A stretch of 64,000 nucleotides of DNA from contig CAIVZZ010000018.1 in NCBI GenBank assembly GCA_903910555.1, positions 31,363-95,362 of the forward strand. The letters run 5' to 3'. The notes beneath the pieces were generated by a model. That model saw only the letters and a program-made list of their open reading frames with translations. It did not search any database and had not been told where the DNA came from. Of the stretch, positions 57,901 through 64,000 are shown one piece after another. Both the position numbers and the translations under genes were made by a program. Position 1 is the stretch's first letter. Each line of letters begins with the position of its first letter. The DNA comes from an uncultured Gemmatimonadota bacterium. Lineage in GTDB: Bacteria; Gemmatimonadota; Gemmatimonadetes; Gemmatimonadales; Gemmatimonadaceae.

Positions 57901-58061
57901 AGCCCGTCCGTCAGCAGCTCACCGGAATCGTCAGTGCGATGACGATCTCGGGGTCGCAGACGGGCACGGTCAGTCCGCCCACCGGTACGTTGCGGGCTGT
58001 GCTCGCGGCGGCGAAAATAGAACTTGCCGCCATCGAGAAGGAGCTGAAGGCGCTCAAGTAA
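54972..58061 (+). CDS. secreted BNR/Asp-box repeat protein, VPS10/sortilin-like or GH74-like double beta-propeller
   Basis: 1029 aa. Signal peptide. Many Asp-boxes (STNNGVTW, STDAGEHW, TTDGGKSW, TTDGGATW, TEDAGATW, SEDGGATF, SHDFGSTW, TTDFGKTW). Two Gly/Arg-rich inserts in the C-terminal 200 aa. Confidence 0.8.
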   Translation: MRSAPRSAAFAALFVLCAFEPLRAQSPFDSLHFRSIGPAATGGRIHDLQIDPRNPAILYVGAASGGIFKSTNNGVTWRDIFGDQPDNTFGSLAIFAGNSSIIWAGTGENNNRQSSSWGGGVYRSTDAGEHWSYLGLHDTRSIGRVVLHPTNPNVAYIAAVGNLWRGNPERGVFKTTDGGKSWSKILYVDTLTGATDLVMDPRDPNVLYAAMYQRLRKAWGFDGGGPGSAIYKTTDGGATWKKLENGIPAGDKGRIGLALALSKPDVLIATIEHAIQGGTYRTEDAGATWKRMSATNPRPMYYSKPTIDPNNDKRIWLPGTYIVKSEDGGATFEEEPTSPTYDVGLKTDHHVIRVDPANSAHIYVVGDGGLHESFDMGKTYIRVNNIPVGQIYRIAVDNRDPYWIYAGFQDNHSWGGPSATRHWLGILNQDWVEIGFSDGTGKAVDLTNWRKVYSSSSGGNLSLVDPVTGDVQPLNPRPPAGEPPYRYAWDAPVMASQHTSGTVYLGANRLLTSHDFGSTWTRSNDLTRSINRDTLMMMGILNSAIRLSRNDGDGVSQISNFAESPIDAKILWVGTDDGNVQLSVDGGLTFAELSKNIHGVRDGAFVGKIVASAASRGTAYVTFDEHRDGDFAPYIMRTTDFGKTWKAVVDGLPADDASVRSIAEYPGHANVLFAGTERAMYVTLDSGAHWNKLKANLPTTRYDDIVIHPRTKDLVLGTHGRSIWILDDASPIANWTPAVAAAKAHLFSVPRATILLYWEDVSNMNHYFYTAENPAEGATFTYSLGAPAQKVRLIVSSIGPTGRVIKEINGPAATGVINRVNWDLRFPLPPGMGGRGGGGGDEGGGGGGPGSQKAGVIQLPIPAHDIAQRGIFVAPGTFKVALEVDGAVVESKTFEVRGDPASSVTLAQQKSREAFAIEVSDLLVKIEKLNADISARKAAATGDPADKFTALQTRLVGGAGGGRGRGGGGGGRGGGPQPVRQQLTGIVSAMTISGSQTGTVSPPTGTLRAVLAAAKIELAAIEKELKALK

Positions 58062-58088
58062 GAGTCGGCGGGGAAAAATCGGCTGAAA

Positions 58089-58136
58089 ACGGAAACGGCG
58101 GCTCACTGCGCGATTGCAGTGATCCGCCGTTTCCGT
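58089..58136 (+). terminator. terminator hairpin after the BNR gene
   Basis: ACGGAAACGGCGG (58089-58101) pairs with CCGCCGTTTCCGT (58124-58136), with an inner CACTGC/GCAGTG stem. Confidence 0.6.
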
Positions 58137-58155
58137 TCTGCCGTCTCGAAAAACG

Positions 58156-58514
58156 TGGAGGCGGGGAGATTCGAACTCCCGTCTTGCATAAGATCTTCCG
58201 CAGCGTCTACGTGCGTATCCCGGCGATTGATGTTTCCAACGGCTGGCCGCCAGGCCGCCCACCGCTGGATGAGCCTTCTAGATTTTCGCGAGACGACGGA
58301 AGGCGCACCGCCCCGCTAGCCCAGATTTGCGTTACGTGAGGATCGCCCCGGGCGGGCTACCGTTCACGCACTGCTACGGTAAAGCCGAAGCTTTACGCAG
58401 CGAGAGCGAAGTTTGAGTTCGCAGTTGAGAATTTCCCGAGTGTTTTACGAGGAGCCCGAGTACCTCGGCACGCTGCTACGGGGCCACTCACACAATCGAT
58501 ACCAGGTCGCCCCC
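58156..58514 (-). ncRNA. ssrA: tmRNA (SsrA), predicted tag (A)NSNFALAA
   Basis: Minus strand starts GGGGGCGACCTGGTATCGA and ends GGGAGTTCGAATCTCCCCGCCTCCA. The acceptor stem has the G3-U pair and a T-arm. In-frame GCG AAC TCA AAC TTC GCT CTC GCT GCG TAA lies at 58422-58393. CCA is not fully encoded. Confidence 0.9.
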
Positions 58515-58584
58515 TCTATCGGTGTAACTACGCTCTTTAATATAACACGCTTGTGGGTCGAAGTGTGCCCGCGGATCGCACTCC

Positions 58585-60246
58585 TCACCCCTCACTCGTC
58601 CTCACGCAGTTCCGCCCCGCCCCCTTCGCCTTGTACAGCGCGCCATCGGCGGCCGCGAACAACTGGCCACGCTTCACCGCCCCGCCGCCGGCATCATATA
58701 TCGCGACGCCAAAACTCGACGTCACATTGATATTGCGGTCGGGCAGCCGCACCGTCTTCCCCTCGATGCTCGCGCGAAGTCGCTCCGCAAGTTCCATCGC
58801 GCCCTGTTGGCCCGTCTGCGGCAGAATCACCGCAAACTCTTCGCCGCCGACGCGTGCGCCGCAGTCGGTGGTCCGCAGCTCAGCCTTGATCGCCTGCCCG
58901 ACTGTCTCGAGTACCCGGTCACCAGAGGCATGTCCGTACTCGTCGTTCACTCGCTTGAAATGATCGACGTCCGCAATCACTAATGCGCACGAGCCGCCAA
59001 ACCGGTCGGTTTGATCGAGCATGAATTTCAGCTGATCGTCGAACTCGCGCCGATTTCCGAGTCCGGTGAGCTGGTCGACGCGCGCGCTGCGCCCCGCTTT
59101 CTCGATCCCCCACGCAGCTTCGAGCGCTGAACCGGCGAGATGTGCAAACAGCCCGACGCTGCGCAGATCGCTCTCGCGCAAGGCGCGGGGATCATTCGAC
59201 CCGAGCACGATCGCTCCGATAATCTCTTTCGCCCGAGCCATCGGAAGAATGGCAATTGCACCCGCGTCCGGCGCGTGCAGACCCGGCCCGTACAGCGTGG
59301 TCTTTGTCGCGCGACGCGTCTCGTTCTCCCAGCGAAGCGGAGTGCGCATCGCGCACACATCACCCACCATCGAAGACTCCGAGACCGCGCTGCCGACCGC
59401 CGTCTGCGAATCCGGATACATCCCTGACACATAGCGAACCGTACCGGCGCGCTCGACGGAGTTCCATTGAACGAGCGCGGCGAACGTCGCGTCGGTCGCT
59501 TCAAGCATCGCGTCCGAGATATGCCTTTCGAGGCTCCGTTTTTCCGTCGATGGGTCGAGCTCGCGCACTCGCCGCACGAGAAAACGCATTTTCTTATTTG
59601 CCTTCGCGCTTTCATTCCGGGTGACCTGAAGATTGATCGCCTGCGCGAGCCGCTCGGCGTGGCGCGGAAGCCAAAGCTTGAGCTCGCCGCGAATCGACCT
59701 GATCCCTCCCGCTGCCGTTGCGACGAGCGCACCTTCGACTTCACCCGGCGTTCCCATCCCTCCGACGGCCTCCAACGGGACGCGCGCCGCCACGAAACGC
59801 GGCTGCCCTTCGGTGGCATCGAAATTCACGATGCCTTGCGCTGCAGCCCAGGCGATCAGCGCCCTGTCTTGCGAGATATCGGCGGGCGGTGCCCCTGGAT
59901 GATTCCACGCTATGGGGACGAAGTCAGTGCGCGCGTCGCGTCGCACCCAAAACACCACATCATCGGCTCCGTGCTGCGCGAAGATATCGCCCAAATAACC
60001 ACGCAGGTCGTCAGCGAGTTCACGCGCGCGCAGCTCCGCGCTTTCACTCGGATCCGCTGGCTCGCGGATCGATCCGAACTCCGATGCACGCTGTGCGCGT
60101 CCCAATGGACCGCCCTCCCCCAACGTCTCATACGGCACGCCGCGCGGAAGGTCTATCGGATGACTCTGCTGCCAGCGCACGCGCCAGTATCTCGCGACGA
60201 GTGCGAAAATCGCGCCGGCGACGAACGCCGCCAAGGTCTTGATCAC
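58585..60246 (-). CDS. diguanylate cyclase (TM anchor, GAF-like sensor regions, GGDEF)
   Basis: DQLTGLGNRREF, DHFKRVNDEYGH and active-site GGEEF. The GTG at 60246 gives a GTGA overlap with the larB stop. The track start at 60306 overlaps larB by 64 nt. Confidence 0.85.
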   Translation of the reverse strand: MIKTLAAFVAGAIFALVARYWRVRWQQSHPIDLPRGVPYETLGEGGPLGRAQRASEFGSIREPADPSESAELRARELADDLRGYLGDIFAQHGADDVVFWVRRDARTDFVPIAWNHPGAPPADISQDRALIAWAAAQGIVNFDATEGQPRFVAARVPLEAVGGMGTPGEVEGALVATAAGGIRSIRGELKLWLPRHAERLAQAINLQVTRNESAKANKKMRFLVRRVRELDPSTEKRSLERHISDAMLEATDATFAALVQWNSVERAGTVRYVSGMYPDSQTAVGSAVSESSMVGDVCAMRTPLRWENETRRATKTTLYGPGLHAPDAGAIAILPMARAKEIIGAIVLGSNDPRALRESDLRSVGLFAHLAGSALEAAWGIEKAGRSARVDQLTGLGNRREFDDQLKFMLDQTDRFGGSCALVIADVDHFKRVNDEYGHASGDRVLETVGQAIKAELRTTDCGARVGGEEFAVILPQTGQQGAMELAERLRASIEGKTVRLPDRNINVTSSFGVAIYDAGGGAVKRGQLFAAADGALYKAKGAGRNCVRTSEG

Positions 60247-61001
60247 TGCGTATTTAGAATTCTTGCCGCCGCCATCGCCGCGCCAAATCCATTGTCGATA
60301 TTGCACACCACCACACCCGCCGCGCAGCTGTTCAGCATCGCGAGCAGCGCCGACAGCCCGTGGAAACTCGCGCCGTAGCCGACACTCGTCGGCACCGCGA
60401 TCACCGGAACGCGCACGAGACCGCCAACCACGGACGGCAGCGCGCCGTCCATTCCCGCAACGACAATCACGACGGCTGCATCGCGGAGCGCATCGTGCTG
60501 TGCGAGCAGGCGGTGAATCCCCGCGACGCCAACGTCGGTGAGGCGCGCCGCCGTGAATCCCATCGCCGCGAGCGTTTCTGCGGCCTCCTCCGCGACGGGC
60601 AGATCGCTCGTGCCCGCCGTGACGATCAGCGCGGTTTTCGTGCTGCGATTCGATGACGCGCCCGACGAGCCTTCGAGCCGAACGGTTCGAGCGAGTGCGT
60701 TGATCGTCGCCGAGGGATACGCCTCCGCGAGCGCGGCGCGCTGCGCATCGTTCGTTCGCGTGACGAGGAATCCATCGCCCTTCGCTGCGAGGTGCGCGCA
60801 GATCGTGACGGTGTGCCCGGTTGTCTTTCCTTCGCCGAACACGACTTCAGGATATCCGGACCGAAGCGCGCGGTGATGATCTATGGTGGCGAAGCCGAGT
60901 GACTCCACCGGCTCGACGTCGAGATGCGCGAGCGCCTGATCGATCGTGGCCCGCCCCGCCGCAACTTCTTCGAGCAGCGTGCGAACCCGCTCGCGTTTCA
61001 C
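60243..61001 (-). CDS. larB: nickel-pincer cofactor biosynthesis protein LarB (PurE-like NaAD carboxylase/hydrolase)
   Basis: 252 aa. GFATIDHHRALRSGYPEVVFGEGK N-terminal region and PurE-like IVTAGTSDLPVAEEA ... VAGMDGALPSVVGG. Confidence 0.8.
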   Translation of the reverse strand: MKRERVRTLLEEVAAGRATIDQALAHLDVEPVESLGFATIDHHRALRSGYPEVVFGEGKTTGHTVTICAHLAAKGDGFLVTRTNDAQRAALAEAYPSATINALARTVRLEGSSGASSNRSTKTALIVTAGTSDLPVAEEAAETLAAMGFTAARLTDVGVAGIHRLLAQHDALRDAAVVIVVAGMDGALPSVVGGLVRVPVIAVPTSVGYGASFHGLSALLAMLNSCAAGVVVCNIDNGFGAAMAAARILNTQ

Positions 61002-61019
61002 GGAGCAGCTATGCGCGGG

Positions 61020-62075
61020 TCACGCATGTTCAGCCTCGAGCAGTTCGGCGTCGAGGTCGGCGTCGGTATCGCGTGAGGATGAGGGCGCGAAATCGCCGCG
61101 TTTGTCACGGGCGAGGTAATCATCGAAGATTCCTTCTACCTCACCGAAGCCGTTCACCTGATGAAGTTTCTTGCGAAGGTCTGCTGATCCCGGCAGTCCT
61201 TTCACATACCACCCGAGGTGCTTGCGGAACTCAAGCGCGGCACCGGTGGGGTCGATTTCATATTCCTGCACCATGCGCGCGTGCTGAAGTGCCGTCTCAA
61301 AGCGCACCGCAACCGGCGGCGGTGGCGGCAGCTCTTTTCCAGCGAGCAGTGCGCGCGTTTGATCGAAAATCCACGGCTGGCCGAACGAGCCGCGCGCGAT
61401 CATCACCCCGGCACACTTTGTCTCGCGATACATGCGGAATGCATCGTGTGCAGTTTTTATATCGCCATTGCCGATCACGGGGATATCGAGCGCGTCTACC
61501 AGTTTCGCGATTTCTTCCCAGCGGGCGGCGCCGGTATACATCTGCGTGCGCGTGCGCGGATGGAGCGCGATCGCGCCGACGCCCGCGTCCTGACAGCGAA
61601 GGCCGATGGTGACCGGGTCGCGCATCTCTTCGTTCCAGCCGCTGCGGATCTTGCACGTCACCGGCAGGTGCGTCGAGCTGCGCACCGCGCGAATGACTTC
61701 CTGAACCAGATTGAGATCCTTCAGACAGCCTGAGCCGCCATTGCGCCGCACGACCTTTTTGACCGGGCAGCCGAAGTTGATATCGATGAACTCCGGCTGA
61801 AACACATCTGTAACGAGTGCGGCCGCTTCACCCATCGGCCCGGGTTCGCCCCCGAAGATCTGCACTCCTATCGGACGCTCATCCGGCCCAAACCTGAGTT
61901 TACTGAGCGTTGCCTCATTCTCCCGGCGGATTCCTTCGGCCGACAGGAACTCCGTGACCACTACGTCCGCGCCAAAGCGGCGGCAGAGACGCCGAAATGG
62001 CGACTCCGACACCCCGGCCATGGGCGCCAAAAAGAGCGGCACCTCGTGCGCGACGGAATAGGGGAAAGTGGGCAT
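61020..62075 (-). CDS. dusB: tRNA-dihydrouridine synthase (DusB-like)
   Basis: LAPMAGVSESPFRRL, DINFGCPVKKV and IGNGDI motifs. The ATG at 62075 is preferred over 62129. Confidence 0.9.
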   Translation of the reverse strand: MPTFPYSVAHEVPLFLAPMAGVSESPFRRLCRRFGADVVVTEFLSAEGIRRENEATLSKLRFGPDERPIGVQIFGGEPGPMGEAAALVTDVFQPEFIDINFGCPVKKVVRRNGGSGCLKDLNLVQEVIRAVRSSTHLPVTCKIRSGWNEEMRDPVTIGLRCQDAGVGAIALHPRTRTQMYTGAARWEEIAKLVDALDIPVIGNGDIKTAHDAFRMYRETKCAGVMIARGSFGQPWIFDQTRALLAGKELPPPPPVAVRFETALQHARMVQEYEIDPTGAALEFRKHLGWYVKGLPGSADLRKKLHQVNGFGEVEGIFDDYLARDKRGDFAPSSSRDTDADLDAELLEAEHA

Positions 62076-62211
62076 GAATCGGAAGCTAAGGCACTCGGCA
62101 AATGCTTGCAACATCACGATTTGACGCATATTGGCGCGAGCGTTAGGTTAGCCTCATACCAACCGACCAGCCGGCGCGGCTACGCCACGCGCCTGAAACA
62201 CGAGGAGCTGC

Positions 62212-62664
62212 ATGGAACTGCGCGAGTTTTTCTCTGAAGACGCCGTCAAACTCGACCTTCAGGGAACCACAAAAGATGACGTCCTCAAGGAGCTCATCGC
62301 GCTCGTCGGCCTCGATGAAAAGAACGAGGCGATGCTGTTCAAGATGCTCAAGCGCCGCGAGAACCTGGGCTCAACAGGCATCGGACGCGGAATCGCGATT
62401 CCCCACTGCCGTTCACTCGTCGTGAACAAGTTGCGCGTTGCGTTCGGCAGGAAGCGGGAAGGCGTCGACTTCAAAGCGATCGATGAAAAGCCAGTCTTCT
62501 TTTTCTTCTTGATCGTCGCGCCGCCGCTCGAAGTTTCGAATCAGTATCTCCCCGTGCTCGGCAAGATCGCGCAGTTCTCCAAAGAGGCGGATGTCCCGGA
62601 GCGTTTGTTAAGCATCACGCAGCCCGGCGAGTTCATGAAGCTTCTCGAGGAGAAGGGCGTATAG
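62212..62664 (+). CDS. PTS EIIA(Ntr)-type (PtsN-like) regulatory protein, second copy
   Basis: 150 aa. RENLGSTGIGRGIAIPHCR phospho-His context. Confidence 0.8.
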   Translation: MELREFFSEDAVKLDLQGTTKDDVLKELIALVGLDEKNEAMLFKMLKRRENLGSTGIGRGIAIPHCRSLVVNKLRVAFGRKREGVDFKAIDEKPVFFFFLIVAPPLEVSNQYLPVLGKIAQFSKEADVPERLLSITQPGEFMKLLEEKGV

Positions 62665-63752
62665 TTCGCCACCTGATTGTCGCGTGCCTCGCCGTTGCGC
62701 CGGTTGTTTCAGCCGGTGCGCAGAGCGCTGACCCACACGCGACAGTCACCGTAGGAACCGCCACCGCAAGGCGCGGCGAGCGTGCGTACGGAGCGCTGAT
62801 CGTTCCAGCCGGCACTGATTCCGGCACCACAATTCAGGTCGCGGTCATCAACGGCGCGAAGCCCGGGCGCGTCGTGTCGTTCGTGTCTGGTGCACACGGC
62901 ACGGAATACACGTCGGTTGTTGCGCTGACGAAACTGATCGAACGCATCAATCCAACGAAACTTTCCGGCACCGTGATCATCGTGCCGCTGCTGAACGTCG
63001 CTTCGTTCGAGCAGATGGTGCCGCATGTGAATCCCGTCGATAAGAAAGGGATGAACGCGCAGTATCCAGGAAGCCCGTCGGGAACGCAGACGGAGCGCGC
63101 GCTTGGGATGGTGGCCGAACAGGTCGTGAAACCCGCAGATGTGATTGTCGATTTGCACGGCGGCGATCTTGATGAAGACCTGCGCCCGTACAGCTATTGG
63201 ATGCGCAGCGGCAACAGCGCGCAGGACAGCGCGAGCCGTGCGCTCGATGTCGCATTCGGACTCGACATGGTGATCGTCAATGACATCGACGTCACCAATC
63301 CGGCTCGCACACGCAGTCTGAGCGGCTTTGCGCTGTCGCTCGGCAAGACGACTTTCGTTGCAGAAGCCGGACGATCCGGACTCGTGACCGCTGAAGAAAC
63401 GGGTCTACTGGTGAGCGGATCGCTGAACGTCCTCGCATCGCTCAAGATGATCGATCGTGCCGTGCCGCCGTCGCCGAAAATCAGCTGGGTCGGCCACGAC
63501 ATGCGTGTTCGCGCCGACAGCGGCGGGATGTTCTACGCGACTGCGCTTAGAGGAAGTCGCGTGCTGAAGGGCGCGAAGGTCGGCTATATCACCGACTACG
63601 TTGGACGAAAGACGAGTGACGTGCTCGCCCCGCAGGCAGGCGTCGTGAGCTTCATTCGTGGTGTGCCGTCACTCGCGAAAGGTTCGACAATCGTAACGAT
63701 TGTCGAAGTCTTCGAGGGCGGTCCGCAGCCGTGGACCAAGCCCGCGCCCTGA
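62661..63752 (+). CDS. succinylglutamate desuccinylase/aspartoacylase (AstE/AspA, M14-like) family zinc hydrolase, probably secreted. Start codon unresolved.
   Basis: Zn ligands in SGAHGTEY and VDLHGGD. The first canonical start is the GTG at 62874. In-frame upstream codons (62661-62873) encode a signal peptide (VRHLIVACLAVAPVVSAGAQS) and the conserved N-terminal strand (GALIVPAG...IQVAVINGAKPGRVV). The minimal call is 62874..63752. Confidence 0.6.
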   Translation: MVRHLIVACLAVAPVVSAGAQSADPHATVTVGTATARRGERAYGALIVPAGTDSGTTIQVAVINGAKPGRVVSFVSGAHGTEYTSVVALTKLIERINPTKLSGTVIIVPLLNVASFEQMVPHVNPVDKKGMNAQYPGSPSGTQTERALGMVAEQVVKPADVIVDLHGGDLDEDLRPYSYWMRSGNSAQDSASRALDVAFGLDMVIVNDIDVTNPARTRSLSGFALSLGKTTFVAEAGRSGLVTAEETGLLVSGSLNVLASLKMIDRAVPPSPKISWVGHDMRVRADSGGMFYATALRGSRVLKGAKVGYITDYVGRKTSDVLAPQAGVVSFIRGVPSLAKGSTIVTIVEVFEGGPQPWTKPAP

Positions 63753-63768
63753 GCGAGCAGGCGCGCGG

Positions 63769-64000
63769 CTACTGCCCCGGTGCGGCGACGATCACCGGCA
63801 TCTCTTGGACGACTGGCGCCGGTGTGTGGAGCCACTTGGGTACTCCGCTGGCAGTCGCGCGGAGGATCGCCGGCCCCGGCTGAAATTGCGCCAGGAACTC
63901 GGTCGTGAAAGAAGGCATCATCGAGCCCTGGCGCGTGCGAGGGTTGTAGAACCCGTTGCGAGTCGGTGCGATCCGCAAGTCCGCGAGCGTGACGGCGTGC
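63769..64000 (-). CDS. C-terminal part of a hypothetical protein. The reading frame stays open to the window edge.
   Basis: The reading frame continues upstream of the TTG at 63978 to nt 64000 without a stop. No motif recognised. Confidence 0.35.
   Translation of the reverse strand, partial: HAVTLADLRIAPTRNGFYNPRTRQGSMMPSFTTEFLAQFQPGPAILRATASGVPKWLHTPAPVVQEMPVIVAAPGQ

Noticed and set aside
58062-58600. A genomic island integrated at ssrA
   Set aside because: No integrase, no direct repeat of the ssrA 3' end and no compositional shift are visible on either side within the window.
58119-58730. Protein-coding ORFs 58119..58319 and 58413..58730
   Set aside because: They lie on the strand opposite to, and within, a clear tmRNA gene and its promoter region.
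62095-62125. A sigma54 (-24/-12) promoter, GGCAC...TGCTTGCA, upstream of the second ptsN-like gene
   Set aside because: The GG to GC spacing is off by 1-2 nt in both possible registers relative to TGGCAC-N5-TTGC.
1-64000. CRISPR arrays, tRNA/rRNA genes, transposases, integrases, toxin-antitoxin pairs and known defence systems
   Set aside because: I scanned the intergenic regions and the ORF translations. I found no regularly spaced direct repeats, no tRNA-like T-arm outside ssrA, and no DDE/tyrosine-recombinase, RT, Cas or nuclease-helicase defence signatures.

Overview
GC-rich, very gene-dense bacterial chromosomal segment with no rRNA, tRNA, CRISPR array, transposase or integrase that I could see. 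All calls rest on motif recognition in the supplied translations and on reading the DNA by eye; no searches were run. The PadR plus ADOP-type permease pair suggests an Acidobacteriota or Gemmatimonadota-like origin (inference). Neighbouring genes very often overlap by 1-4 nt (ATGA, GTGA, TTGA), so several long chains of unrelated genes look translationally coupled. Main content, in order: an ATP-grasp plus SfnG-like monooxygenase pair; an acyl-CoA cluster (crotonase, AtuA/DUF1446, carboxyltransferase, B12-binding mutase subunit); an arsR-arsM-aquaporin-arsC operon; a four-helix-bundle (23S IVS-type) gene; PadR plus ADOP permease; mutase large subunit plus MeaB; the phoH-ybeY-corC block; aspS; rlmN; trpD, lexA and trpCFB/trpA; a 12-gene plus-strand chain with purBC, psd, pssA and purSQLF; a histidine kinase; a BNR/VPS10-like protein; tmRNA; a GGDEF protein; larB; dusB; and two PtsN-like EIIA genes. 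Most interesting observations: (1) trpB and trpA are separated by a coupled HEAT-repeat gene and an HD-GYP gene, and trpA is coupled to a TM-GAF-MCP receptor gene. (2) A leaderless 27-codon ORF with ten consecutive Met/Cys codons plus a terminator sits upstream of the ATP-grasp/SfnG-like pair, a candidate sulfur-amino-acid attenuator. (3) A 44-bp inverted repeat encloses the four-helix-bundle gene, an IVS-like cassette outside rRNA. (4) The acyl-CoA mutase genes are split by about 6 kb of accessory genes bounded by related CGCGGGT-unit palindromes. (5) A transaldolase-fold protein has lost its catalytic residues. (6) An AstE/AspA-family gene encodes its conserved N-terminus and signal peptide upstream of any canonical start codon.
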